Source: Trueperaceae bacterium (GTDB taxonomy: Bacteria; Deinococcota; Deinococci; Deinococcales; Trueperaceae). From it: 64,000 bases of DNA. This document shows positions 18,926-28,348 of the stretch, in pieces. The first letter of the stretch is position 1. Each line of letters starts with the position of its first letter. The stretch spans positions 2,336,001 through 2,400,000 of the forward strand of contig OZ243956.1 of assembly GCA_965214405.1 (NCBI GenBank), given 5' to 3'. The notes under the pieces were generated by a model. That model saw only the letters and a program-made list of their open reading frames with translations. It was not told the origin of the DNA and did no database searches. Made by a program: the position numbers and the translations under genes.

Positions 18926-20032
18926 TCAGGCGAAGGTGACAAGCTGGCGGACGGCTTGCGCTTTGGCGAGGCGGTCGAAACCCGTGTTGATGTCTTCAAG
19001 CGTCAGGGTGTGGGTGTGAAGCTTGTCCACAGGCAAGAGTCCGGCCTGGTACATCGCCAAGTAACGGGGGACGTCACGGCGCGGGACGGACGAGCCCATC
19101 CACGAGCCCTTGATGGTGCGCTCTTCTAGGGCGATGCTCAAGGCGGACACCGAAAACTGTTTTTCGGGACGGGGCAACCCGATACTGACGGTGGTACCGC
19201 CGCGCCGCGTGGCCGCGTAGGCCTGCATCAACACCTGTTCGTTACCGACGCTCTCAAAGGCGGTCTGTGCGCCGCCCTTTGTTACCTCGCGGATGGCCTC
19301 AGCGGCGTCCTCCTGCGCGGCGTTGACGGTGTGCGTCGCGCCCAGCTCGAGCGCCAGCGCCAGCTTGTCTTCCAAACGGTCTACGGCGATAATCGGGTAC
19401 GCGCCCACCGCTCGAGCGCCCATCACCGCGCTCAAACCCACCCCGCCCAGGCCGAAAACCGCCACTGACGTACCCGCCTCAACGCGCGCGGTCTTGACGA
19501 CCGCGCCCACGCCCGTCAAGACCGCGCAGCCGAATAAGGCGGCTTTCTCGAGCGGCACCGCCTCGTCAATCTTTATTAGGGACTCCTGCGCGGCCACGGC
19601 AAAGCCCGCGAACGCCGACACGCCGAGAAAGTGGTGGCACGGTCTCCCCTGCGAATCCTTCAAGTGACGCCCGCCCGAGAGGAGCGCGCCCGCCGCGTTC
19701 GCCGCCGCGCCCCGTTCGCAGAGCGCGGCCCGGCCCGAGACGCAGGGGAGGCAGCGCCCGCAGGTCGGCACAAAGGAAAAGACGACGTGGTCGCCCGGCG
19801 CGACGTCGCTGACGCCCGGCCCCACCTCGCGCACGACGCCGCTCGCCTCGTGGCCCAAGACGACGGGCAGGGGGTGCGGCAGCGTGCCGTTGATGATGGA
19901 CAAATCCGAGTGGCAGAGCCCGGCGGCCACGATCTCGACCAGAACCTCGCCGCGTCCGGGTGGCGTGAGCGAAACCTCGCCTAAGACCAACGGCGCGTCC
20001 GGTTGCTGCAAGATGGCGGCTTGTGTTTTCAT
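18926..20032 (-). CDS. Zn-dependent alcohol dehydrogenase
   Basis: GLCHSD, GHE, CGRCLPC...C, FGCAVLTG, GLGGVG. Confidence 0.93.
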   Translation of the reverse strand: MKTQAAILQQPDAPLVLGEVSLTPPGRGEVLVEIVAAGLCHSDLSIINGTLPHPLPVVLGHEASGVVREVGPGVSDVAPGDHVVFSFVPTCGRCLPCVSGRAALCERGAAANAAGALLSGGRHLKDSQGRPCHHFLGVSAFAGFAVAAQESLIKIDEAVPLEKAALFGCAVLTGVGAVVKTARVEAGTSVAVFGLGGVGLSAVMGARAVGAYPIIAVDRLEDKLALALELGATHTVNAAQEDAAEAIREVTKGGAQTAFESVGNEQVLMQAYAATRRGGTTVSIGLPRPEKQFSVSALSIALEERTIKGSWMGSSVPRRDVPRYLAMYQAGLLPVDKLHTHTLTLEDINTGFDRLAKAQAVRQLVTFA

Positions 20033-20085
20033 GGGGTTCTCCTCACAGGATTCTTAGAGACTCGAGCGCGTCACTCACCCCAACA

Positions 20086-20153
20086 AACAAGGGGTTGCAA
20101 CCCCTTGTTGCCTCCCCTGTTGCCTTCCCTTATTGCCTCCCCTGTTACACCCT
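20086..20153. repeat. Perfect 24-bp palindrome followed by degenerate tandem copies of its right arm
   Basis: AACAAGGGGTTGCAACCCCTTGTT (20086-20109), then CCC(T)TGTTGCCTC-type units. Confidence 0.75.
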
Positions 20154-20156
20154 TTG

Positions 20157-21407
20157 CTAGCCGTGGCGCATGAGGGAGCCGACATCTGTACGGCCACTAA
20201 GCAGTCCTCCCGCGCGTCCCGCAAGATGTTCGCCAATCGCCAGTGACGCGGTCGCGGCGGGCGAGGGGGCGTTGAGCACGTGGAGCGCGTTATGTGTTTC
20301 TTGAACTGCAAAATCGTCGATAAGCCTTCCCTGCTCGTCTATGGCCTGCGCGCGCACCCCCGCGTTGCCCCGGCGCACGTCGGCAAGCGTGACCGACGGC
20401 ACGAGCTTTTGTAGGGAGGCGACAAAGGCCCTTGGGCTGAGAGAGCGGTAGTATTCGTACGCGCCCGTCCGCCAAAAGCGCTTTGACAGGTGCCAGAAGC
20501 CGCGGAAGGAAAAGACCTCGAGCAAATCGGCAGGACTAACGGCCCCGTAGGTGTAGCCCTCGCGCGCAAACGCGAGCACCGCGTTGGGGCCAGCCTCGAC
20601 CTCGCCGCCCACCGTCCGGGTAAAGTGGACGCCCAAAAAGGGCAAGTCGGGGTCGGGCACGGGGTAGATGAGACCCCGGACGAGGTCACGCCTGTGGGAT
20701 TTAAGAAAATAATATTCTCCCCTAAACGGCACGATACGCACGCTCGGCTCTACGCCGCTCATCCGCGCGATGCGGTCGGCGTAAAGCCCCGCGCAGTTGA
20801 TGAGCGCGCGCGTGCGAATCTCCCCCCTCGAGGTCTCGATGGTGAAACCCTCCGCTCCGCCCGTGATGCTTGTCACGGGCGCGCCCGCCTCGAGCCGAAC
20901 GCCTCTTTCCATAAGCAGCGCCGCGATTTTTTGGGCCACCTTGCCGTAATCCACAATCGCGGTGTGGGGCGAGTGGATCGCCCCCAGACCGGCGGCGTGG
21001 GGCTCAATCTCCCTCAGCTCAGCGGGGCCGAGGAGCCGCAGGTTGGGCACGCCGTTCTGCTCGCCCCGCGTGAGGAGCGCCTCGAGCCCCCCCAACTCCC
21101 GCTCACGCGTCGCCACAATTACCTTGCCCACGCGCTCAAAGGGCAGGTCATGGGTTTTGCAAAAGTCTCGCATCAACCTCGCGCCCCGCACACACAGGCG
21201 GGCCTTGAGCGAGCCCGGTTTGTAGTAGATGCCCGAATGGACCACGCCCGAGTTGCGGCCCGTCTGGTGCCGCGCGACCCCCGCCTCTTTTTCGACGAGC
21301 GCGAGCTTGAGGTCCGGGTAGCGCTTTGTAAGCTCGAGCGCGGTCGCTAACCCCACGATGCCGCCGCCAATTACTGTGAAGTCATAGGTTGTCACGGTGC
21401 GGCGCAA
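20157..21407 (-). CDS. lhgO: L-2-hydroxyglutarate oxidase
   Basis: GGGIVG, HQTGRNSGVVHSGIYY.PGSLKA, PFRGEY, YPVPDP..PFLGVH, NAPSPAATASL. Confidence 0.92.
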   Translation of the reverse strand: MRRTVTTYDFTVIGGGIVGLATALELTKRYPDLKLALVEKEAGVARHQTGRNSGVVHSGIYYKPGSLKARLCVRGARLMRDFCKTHDLPFERVGKVIVATRERELGGLEALLTRGEQNGVPNLRLLGPAELREIEPHAAGLGAIHSPHTAIVDYGKVAQKIAALLMERGVRLEAGAPVTSITGGAEGFTIETSRGEIRTRALINCAGLYADRIARMSGVEPSVRIVPFRGEYYFLKSHRRDLVRGLIYPVPDPDLPFLGVHFTRTVGGEVEAGPNAVLAFAREGYTYGAVSPADLLEVFSFRGFWHLSKRFWRTGAYEYYRSLSPRAFVASLQKLVPSVTLADVRRGNAGVRAQAIDEQGRLIDDFAVQETHNALHVLNAPSPAATASLAIGEHLAGRAGGLLSGRTDVGSLMRHG

Positions 21408-21664
21408 CTGACGTTGACGACATCTTTTTGTTCTACTGCGTTTTGCTGCCTCATGACCTTCACTATAGCCTGGAAACTGACGGCGACACCTCGAGCCAGG
21501 GGGCGCGACTGCTATAGTGACGTGTTGCGAGATAAAGCTATCATCTGGGGCTTTGGGAACGCCGAACTCCTTTTGATTAGGGTGAGCTACGTTGTGAGTT
21601 CTAAAACGCGTCCAAACAAGGACTTAGCCGTACAGGAAAAACGCGCAGGAACGGGAGTGATGGG

Positions 21665-22894
21665 GTGGACTTAAAGTTTAGAGACGCCGACGTGAGCGTG
21701 TACCTTGGCCCGGCAAAGCTTTATTTCGGAGACGGCGCGGCGTCAAAACTGCACGACGTGCTCCGCGACTGTGGCGTGAGGGGCGGGCGCGTCCTCCTGG
21801 TTGCAGACCGCGACGTGGTGAGGCTCGAGCTTTCCGACCTTCCCAAAGCGTCCCTGACCACGAACGGCTTCGAGGTGGACGTTTTCTCGGACGTGGTCGG
21901 CGAACCGGAGCTGGCGGTGGTCCAAAGCTTAATCGACACGGTGCGGTCTGCATCCTACACGGCTCCATACGTTGCTGTAGTCGGGCTCGGCGGGGGCAGC
22001 GCGATGGACATGGCGAAGCTCGCCGCGGCGCTCGCCACCAACGCGGGCGAGGTGGGGGGTCTGGCGGGCGCGGTGGGGTTTGAGCACGCGCCCCTGCCGC
22101 TCGTGCTGGTGCCGACCACGGCGGGCACCGGGGCCGAGGCAACGCGGGTGTCAATGCTGTCGGTGGGGGGGCAAAAAACCATCCTGGTGAGCCCGCAGCT
22201 CGTCCCGGCGGCGGCGGTCTTGGACCCGACCCTCACGCTGTCGTTGCCGCCCCGCATCACCGCGTCCACGGGCATCGACGCATTGAGTCACGCTTTAGAA
22301 ACGCTCATGTCAAAAAACGCAAGCCCCTTCACCGACGCCGCCGCGCTCAGCGCGGTCGGCACCATCGCGCGCTCCCTGGAGGTCGCTTGCAACGAGCCTT
22401 CCAACAGTCGAGCCCGGCGCGCCATGATGTTCGCCGCGTATCAGGCCGGTCTGGCCCTCAACGCGGGCGTGGTGCTGGGTCACTCGGTCGCCTACACCAT
22501 CGCCAACCGCGCGCATCTACCCCACGGCGTCACCTGCGCGGTGGCGCTGCCCTACTGCGCGGTCTATAATGCCCCCGCGTCGGAAGAATGGCTGAAAAGC
22601 GTGACCGCCCTCCTGCCGGAGGAAGCTCGAGAAAGGGAGGGAGAACACGCCGCGTCTCCCCTCGTCCACTGGCTCGCGTCGCTCAACGAGGCCCTGGGGA
22701 TGCCCGCGTCGCTCGAGGAGGTCGGCGTCAAAGAGCAAGACCTACCCGCGATGGTTGACGAATGCCTCAACAAGTACCCCCGCCCCAACAACCCGGTTCC
22801 CGTCGAACGGGAGGGCCTGCTCGAGCTTTACGACCACCTCTTTACGGGGGATATTAGCGGGTACGCGGCGCGGCGGCTCGAGGGGGCCTTTTAG
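21665..22894 (+). CDS. Iron-containing alcohol dehydrogenase
   Basis: GGGSAMD.AK, PTTAGTGAE, GIDALSHALE, GH...LPHG. Confidence 0.9.
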   Translation: MDLKFRDADVSVYLGPAKLYFGDGAASKLHDVLRDCGVRGGRVLLVADRDVVRLELSDLPKASLTTNGFEVDVFSDVVGEPELAVVQSLIDTVRSASYTAPYVAVVGLGGGSAMDMAKLAAALATNAGEVGGLAGAVGFEHAPLPLVLVPTTAGTGAEATRVSMLSVGGQKTILVSPQLVPAAAVLDPTLTLSLPPRITASTGIDALSHALETLMSKNASPFTDAAALSAVGTIARSLEVACNEPSNSRARRAMMFAAYQAGLALNAGVVLGHSVAYTIANRAHLPHGVTCAVALPYCAVYNAPASEEWLKSVTALLPEEAREREGEHAASPLVHWLASLNEALGMPASLEEVGVKEQDLPAMVDECLNKYPRPNNPVPVEREGLLELYDHLFTGDISGYAARRLEGAF

Positions 22895-22966
22895 GTGAGG
22901 TTGTGGTAACGTCTCAAATCTGTAACCGCGCACAATTTGAAAGGAACCTCTCCGAAAGGAACTCCT

Positions 22967-23749
22967 ATGGCTAGCTCCAAGGCTGACAGAGACATGTTCT
23001 CCCTAGACGGTTCTGTCGCGCTGGTCACGGGTGGGGGCCGCGGGCTGGGGCGGGGGATGGCCGAAGCGCTCGCCCGCGCGGGCGCGGACGTGGTGGTGGT
23101 GAGCCGGTCGGAGGGGGAACTCCAGAGGACGCGTGAGGGGCTCGAGCCCTACGGCGGACGCTACCTCGCGCTCCCGTGGGACCTCCAGGACGTTTCCAGC
23201 TTCCCCGCCTTGATCCAAAAAGTTGTGGACACGCTCGGCCGCCTCGACATCCTCGTCCACGCGGCGGGCATCCAGGTGAGAAAGCCCGCGGTCGAGGTTG
23301 CGCCCGATGAATGGGACCGCGTTCAAAACGTGCATCTCAAGGCCGCGTTTTTTCTCTCGAGCGAGGTCGCCAAACACCTTTTAGCGAGAGGAAGCGCGGG
23401 CAGCATCATCCTCGTCGCCTCGCTCACGAGCGAGATTGGCATCCCCCAAACCGCGCCCTATTCGGCGGCCAAGTCCGGGATGTTGGGCCTCGTCCGCACG
23501 CTCGCGGTGGAGTGGGCGCCGCAGGGGATCCGCGTCAACGCGATTGGTCCGGGTTACTTTCACACCGACCTCACCGACGCGCTCTTTAGAGACGCCGAGC
23601 GCCGCGACTGGGTGCTTTCGCGCATCCCTCAAGGCCGTCCCGGCGTGGCCGAGGATTTAGCCGGGGCCACCGTGTTCCTCGCGTCCGGCGCGTCCGCCTA
23701 CGTGACGGGGCAGGTGCTTTATGTGGACGGGGGCTGGTTGGCAGGTTGA
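22967..23749 (+). CDS. SDR family oxidoreductase (KduD/gluconate 5-dehydrogenase-like)
   Basis: TGGGRGLG, YSAAKSG, VNAIGPGYF.T, RIP.GR, VDGGWL. Confidence 0.9.
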   Translation: MASSKADRDMFSLDGSVALVTGGGRGLGRGMAEALARAGADVVVVSRSEGELQRTREGLEPYGGRYLALPWDLQDVSSFPALIQKVVDTLGRLDILVHAAGIQVRKPAVEVAPDEWDRVQNVHLKAAFFLSSEVAKHLLARGSAGSIILVASLTSEIGIPQTAPYSAAKSGMLGLVRTLAVEWAPQGIRVNAIGPGYFHTDLTDALFRDAERRDWVLSRIPQGRPGVAEDLAGATVFLASGASAYVTGQVLYVDGGWLAG

Positions 23750-23812
23750 GGCGTTCTGGAGAATCGAGTGAGGGTACGCTGACGGATGTCGAACTAGGGT
23801 CTGTCTGACTAA

Positions 23813-24313
23813 TCAAAGCCAGAGGATGATGGAGGCGAGGAGCACACCAGCACGGTAGTTTCTGCCGCGTTTGTCGTAGCGGGTGGCAACGGCGCGAAAG
23901 TCTTTAAGTCGGTTGATGCAGCGTTCGACCACGTTACGTCCTTTGTAGGCTTGCTTATCGAAAGCAGGAGGTCGTCCACCTTTTGTGCCCTTAGACAAGC
24001 GAGACTTCTTGGCATCTTCGCGCTCGGGGCTGATACAGATGATGCCCCTGCGCCTTAGTATCTTCCGCTGCTTGTTGAAACCATAAGCGCGGTCGAGTCT
24101 AAGCTGAGGGGGGCGCTTACGCGGTCGCCCTCTGCCAAGGCGGGGCACATAAATCTCGTCCAAGACCGGCTCTAGCCAAGCGGCGTCGTTGCGCTGTCCC
24201 GCCGTGATGACCACGGACAGGGGTCGCACTTTGCCGTCCGCGCAGGTATGCACCTTGCTGGTGTGGCCTCCGCGTGAGTGTCCCAGCCACTCGTCTGCTA
24301 AGGTCCCCTTTTT
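23813..24313 (-). CDS. IS5 transposase catalytic ORF (orfB), reached by -1 frameshift
   Basis: [51 protein letters not shown] slippery run at the end of orfA. Confidence 0.88.
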   Translation of the reverse strand, partial: KKGTLADEWLGHSRGGHTSKVHTCADGKVRPLSVVITAGQRNDAAWLEPVLDEIYVPRLGRGRPRKRPPQLRLDRAYGFNKQRKILRRRGIICISPEREDAKKSRLSKGTKGGRPPAFDKQAYKGRNVVERCINRLKDFRAVATRYDKRGRNYRAGVLLASIILWL

Positions 24314-24672
24314 TCACCCTCAGCAGGCCGCTTCCTCGCCCCGCTGGCGCTGCGGTGCGCTTTAATATGAGAGCTGTCTAACGCTGCGCCGTCCCAATCA
24401 ATCTCACCCGCCGCATCGGCGTGAGCTTGAAGCCTGTGCAGGATGCGCTTCCAGACACCGTTGCGCTCCCACCTCGTGAAGCGGTCCCAGCAGGTCTGCC
24501 AAGGTCCGTAGCGTTCAGGAACGTCGCGCCAGGGAGCGCCTGTTTTCAAGCGCCACGAAATGCCGTTGATGACCTGTCGGTGGTTGCGGTAGTTGTGACC
24601 CCGTTGGGGATTGGGGGGTAGATGCGGTTTTAGTGCTTGCCACTGCTGCTCTTTTAGGTCTGTTCGTGCCAT
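24298..24672 (-). CDS. IS5 transposase N-terminal ORF (orfA)
   Basis: [30 protein letters not shown]. Confidence 0.9.
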   Translation of the reverse strand: MARTDLKEQQWQALKPHLPPNPQRGHNYRNHRQVINGISWRLKTGAPWRDVPERYGPWQTCWDRFTRWERNGVWKRILHRLQAHADAAGEIDWDGAALDSSHIKAHRSASGARKRPAEGEKRGP

Positions 24673-24750
24673 ACGCCTACCCTAAACCATCTTCATCCCT
24701 TCTGTCAGACAGACCCTAGATAAACGTAGTTTCTAAAATCTTCCTGCTTT

Positions 24751-25362
24751 TTACTCCTCTCCTCCCGACCTCTCCTCTACGGTCTGCGCAGTGTCCCGCA
24801 AATCGAGCCCGTTGGTGCGGTTCATGGCCGTGTCCAAACCCTGGGTGAGGTAAAGCTCGAGCGCGTCCGCCGCACTCTCCACCGTACGCGCCAAAAGCTC
24901 CCGCTCCTCCTCACGAAACGCGCTCAGCACCCAGCCCTCCACCGTCCACCGCGCGGGCGGTCTGCCGATGCCGATTTTGAGGCGGTGGAACGCGGGACCC
25001 AAGCGGGCGATGATGTCTTTCACGCCGCCCTGCCCCCCCGCGCCGCCCCCGCCGGGTTTGAAACGCAAGCGCCCCAGCGGCATGTCGAGGTCGTCGTGAA
25101 CCACCAGGATGTCATCGGGCTTGACCCCGTGTTTGGCCGCGTAACCCTGCACCGCCGCGCCCGAGAGGTTCATAAAGGTGTTGGGCTTGATGAGCAGCAC
25201 AGGGTCAGAAGGGGCGTCCAAACGGGCTTCCTCGGCATTTTTGCCCTTGCGAAAGTCCGCGCCGCGCCGCGCCGCCAAACGCTCGACAGCAAGAAACCCG
25301 GCGTTGTGCCGGGTCTCCTGGTAGCGCGGTCCGGGATTGCCCAAACCCACGATGAGTTTCAC
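24751..25362 (-). CDS. pth: Peptidyl-tRNA hydrolase
   Basis: LIVGLGNPG..Y..TRHNAGF, KPNTFMNLSG, HDDLD. Confidence 0.96.
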   Translation of the reverse strand: MKLIVGLGNPGPRYQETRHNAGFLAVERLAARRGADFRKGKNAEEARLDAPSDPVLLIKPNTFMNLSGAAVQGYAAKHGVKPDDILVVHDDLDMPLGRLRFKPGGGGAGGQGGVKDIIARLGPAFHRLKIGIGRPPARWTVEGWVLSAFREEERELLARTVESAADALELYLTQGLDTAMNRTNGLDLRDTAQTVEERSGGEE

Positions 25363-26004
25363 CTAAGCCTCGTCTTCGTCCGTTCCGTCGCCTTCGTCTT
25401 CGTCCGTCTCTTCGCCGATCACCTCGGGCTCGAGCACTTCCTCTTCCGCCGTCTCGACCTCTTCGATGAGGCGCGGCGGCAACACGGTGATGATGGTGCG
25501 CTCCAACTCGTCCAAAATCTCCGCCTCGGGCGGCAGCAAGTTGACGATATCGCTGATGTGGATGGCGTCACCAATCTCTAGCGCGCTAATGTCCACTTCT
25601 AAGTTCTGCGGGATGAGGCGCGGTATCACGCTGATATAAACCTCGCGGCGCTGCACGTCGAGCTGGCCGCCCGCCTTGGCCCCGGCTGAGGTGCCGACGA
25701 ATTCGATGGGCACGTGAACGTCGACCACCTGACCCGCCGTGACCGCGTAAAAATCCACGTGCAAAGGGACGCGGCGGCGCTTGTCCATCTGCACCGCCTT
25801 GACGAGCACCTCGTGGTTTTGACCGTCTACGTCTAAGTCAATCACGCTCGAGACGCCCTGCGACCGAAACACCCGGTCAAACGCGCGCGTGGCAACGCTC
25901 ACCGGGACGTTCAGACCCTTGTTGTAGACCACACCGGGCAAGCGGCCCGACTCGCGGAGCGCGCCGGGCTTACCGGGCGTGCGTTTTTCTGCCTCTAACT
26001 TCAT
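25363..26004 (-). CDS. rplY: 50S ribosomal protein L25/Ctc
   Basis: LR..GRLPGVVY, HVDFY, acidic tail; located in the prs-rplY-pth cluster. Confidence 0.95.
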   Translation of the reverse strand: MKLEAEKRTPGKPGALRESGRLPGVVYNKGLNVPVSVATRAFDRVFRSQGVSSVIDLDVDGQNHEVLVKAVQMDKRRRVPLHVDFYAVTAGQVVDVHVPIEFVGTSAGAKAGGQLDVQRREVYISVIPRLIPQNLEVDISALEIGDAIHISDIVNLLPPEAEILDELERTIITVLPPRLIEEVETAEEEVLEPEVIGEETDEDEGDGTDEDEA

Positions 26005-26031
26005 GATGCCTCCTGTTTGGCTCTCTGCTTC

Positions 26032-26076
26032 TTATATCTGTACAATTTGTACCTGTACCATTTATACCTGTACAAC
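26032..26076. repeat. Three 15-bp tandem repeats between prs and rplY
   Basis: ttatatctgtacaat / ttgtacctgtaccat / ttatacctgtacaac. Confidence 0.8.
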
Positions 26077-26124
26077 CGTAAAATAGCCCGTCTTACCCAT
26101 TGCCCAAACTATCGTCCAAACCAC

Positions 26125-27066
26125 CTAAGCCTTGAAAAGCGAACTCACCGAGCCGTTGTCGTGAATGTTGCGAATCGCCTTGGCGAGCAGCGACGCGACT
26201 GATAACACTTCCACCCGGTCGTGCGCGTCTACAAAGGGGATGGTGTCGGTCACGTAGATATGTTTGATGGCCTCGTGCGACAAGCGCTCCAGAGCGGGCG
26301 GCGTAAACACGGGATGCGTGGCGACCACGGTCACTTCGGGGCGCGCGCCCAGCCTGACGAGCGCGTCGATACCCCGCACCATCGTTCCCGCCGTCGAGAT
26401 CATATCATCAATCATGATGGGCCGCATACCCTTGACCTCACCAATCACGTGGGTTACCTGGGTGTCGGTGGGGGAGTCGCGCCGTTTGTAGAGCATCGCC
26501 AGGGGCAGACTGAGGTGGTTCGCCAGCCGCCGCGCCTCGGTCGCGCGGCCCACGTCGGGCGAGACGACGACGCTGTTGCCCAGGTCCGTCGATTTGAGAT
26601 GCCCACCGAGAATGTCCAAGGCGGTGAGGTGGTCTAGGGGCACATCAAAAAAGCCCTGAATCTGGCCCGCGTGTAAATCCACGGTGATAACCCTATCGAC
26701 GCCCGCGGTCTCGAGCAGATTCGACACCAGCTTGGCGGTGATGGGCTCCCGCGCCTGCACCTTTTTGTCCTGCCGGGCGTAGCCGAAGTAAGGAATCACC
26801 GCGTTCACGCGCCACGCCGAGGCGCGTTTCAAGGCGTCGGCAAAGACGAGCAGTTCCATGAGGTTGTGGTTCACCGGGTGACACGTCGACTGAATCACGT
26901 AACAGTCCGCGCCGCGCACCGACTCCTCAATCTGGATGCGGCTCTCGCCGTCGGGAAACCGGGACACGTGACAGTTCGACAGCGCCTGGCCCAAATGCTC
27001 CGCCACCGCCCCCGCCAACGCGGGCGTCGCGGAGCCGCAGAAGAGTTTGATTTCTTCGCCAATCAT
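26125..27066 (-). CDS. prs: Ribose-phosphate pyrophosphokinase
   Basis: FPDGE, PYFGYARQD.K, DLHAGQIQGFF, VSPDVG, DDMISTAGT. Confidence 0.97.
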   Translation of the reverse strand: MIGEEIKLFCGSATPALAGAVAEHLGQALSNCHVSRFPDGESRIQIEESVRGADCYVIQSTCHPVNHNLMELLVFADALKRASAWRVNAVIPYFGYARQDKKVQAREPITAKLVSNLLETAGVDRVITVDLHAGQIQGFFDVPLDHLTALDILGGHLKSTDLGNSVVVSPDVGRATEARRLANHLSLPLAMLYKRRDSPTDTQVTHVIGEVKGMRPIMIDDMISTAGTMVRGIDALVRLGARPEVTVVATHPVFTPPALERLSHEAIKHIYVTDTIPFVDAHDRVEVLSVASLLAKAIRNIHDNGSVSSLFKA

Positions 27067-27078
27067 GACCCCACGTCC

Positions 27079-27116
27079 TTAACCATATGTTTTAACCATA
27101 TTCTTTCAACCATACA
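27079..27116. repeat. Three ~13-bp tandem repeats just upstream of prs
   Basis: ttaaccatatgtt / ttaaccatattct / ttcaaccataca. Confidence 0.7.
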
Positions 27117-27354
27117 TCCCATCATCTTGCCGCCCCGCCGCGCGAGCGTCGCACCGTAAATCTCCCTGAGGAGCTTAGGGCCGGATATTCATGATACGAG
27201 GGAAGCGTCTCATTCCGAAGTGTGTCCTGAGACCCTGAAAAGGCCAAGGGGGAGTATACACAAAAGGGCGGGGAGGATGCAAAAACCGTTTACACTTTTG
27301 TACATCCGTGTGCGCTTCATTCACCTTTCCAGCGCGAATGTTCTGGCGTCACTA

Positions 27355-28194
27355 TCAAGGTGACGTGGCGGCTCTTATATCGCCCCCCTCGAGCAGCCCA
27401 TAATCAAATGCGGGCTCGTCCGGGGCAACGTAAATGTTCACAGTTTGCTGCGCGGCAGGACCCATCGTGTCCGCAATCACCGCCGTCACCTCCTCACGAC
27501 CGTTGACGGGCTCGGGCAGCGTCACCGTAACTTGCGCGCCGCAGCCGTATTCGGCCAGCAGGTCGCGGCTCACGGCGACGTGTTGCCAGGGCTCTAAAGG
27601 GATGCTGCACGCGCCCTCTTGCCCCGTGGCGAAGTTAAAGCCGATGCGCGAAAGCGCCTCCGTCCCCGTGGGCAGGGGGCTCGAGGCTGTTGTTGAGGCT
27701 ATTGCAGTCGCATCCTCTTCCCCGCTCACGCCGCCGGTCGCCGCGCCAGCTTCTACCGCGCCATTCGCCACGCCACTAACGACAACGCTGTCGGCAACGC
27801 CGTCAGCCGCGTTTCCCTCCGCGGCATCAACCAACGCGGGGATGACCTCTACAGGCGTAGCGGCTTCTGCGGGTTCGGTTCCGGTGGCGTCGTTGGCAGG
27901 TTCAGCGCTGGGTTCAGCGTTGTTGTTGGTGGTAGCGTCAGCGGGCGTCACGGCCTCTGCGCCGGTTTCTGCTGATGACGCCTGCTCTGACGCCACCCCT
28001 TCTGACGACGCGACCTGAGACGCCGCGACTCCGGCGGGTTCGGTGGGAGAGATGTCCGTCTGGGCGGTCTGCGTGGGGGCGGTGGCCCCGCCAGGCGTGC
28101 GGTCGCGGCCAAGGTTGATGAGCGTGAACACGATGGCGAGCCCGATGATGCCGAGGGCTATCAGAAGTGCAAAATCTACAAAGCGTTCTTTCAT
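27355..28194 (-). CDS. Membrane-anchored protein with Ala/Thr/Glu linker and C-terminal DPBB/3D-like domain
   Basis: N-terminal TM, low-complexity linker, VAVSRDLL...CG...IADTMG motif resembling 7782..8207. Confidence 0.6.
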   Translation of the reverse strand: MKERFVDFALLIALGIIGLAIVFTLINLGRDRTPGGATAPTQTAQTDISPTEPAGVAASQVASSEGVASEQASSAETGAEAVTPADATTNNNAEPSAEPANDATGTEPAEAATPVEVIPALVDAAEGNAADGVADSVVVSGVANGAVEAGAATGGVSGEEDATAIASTTASSPLPTGTEALSRIGFNFATGQEGACSIPLEPWQHVAVSRDLLAEYGCGAQVTVTLPEPVNGREEVTAVIADTMGPAAQQTVNIYVAPDEPAFDYGLLEGGDIRAATSP

Positions 28195-28348
28195 GCCCCA
28201 TCATCACCAAAAAAGCGGGCGCTTGCAAGGGGGTGAGGGATACCTTCTCGCTGCGCACCGGAAGAACCTGAAGAAACACCAGAGGAAATTTTGTCAAAGA
28301 GACGCAGAATCCGGGCGAAAAGGTCTGAGAACGGCGTAGACTGACCCA

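Larger units (their letters stand above)
23798..24715 (-). mobile_element. IS5-family (IS427-group-like) insertion sequence
   Basis: Terminal inverted repeats GGTCTGTCTGAC / GTCAGACAGACC, flanked by CTAG at 23794-23797 and 24716-24719; two transposase ORFs. Confidence 0.92.

Noticed and set aside
27179..27245. Hairpin as SRP or 6S RNA
   Set aside because: It lacks the SRP CAGG-GNRA-AGCA motif and is too short for 6S.
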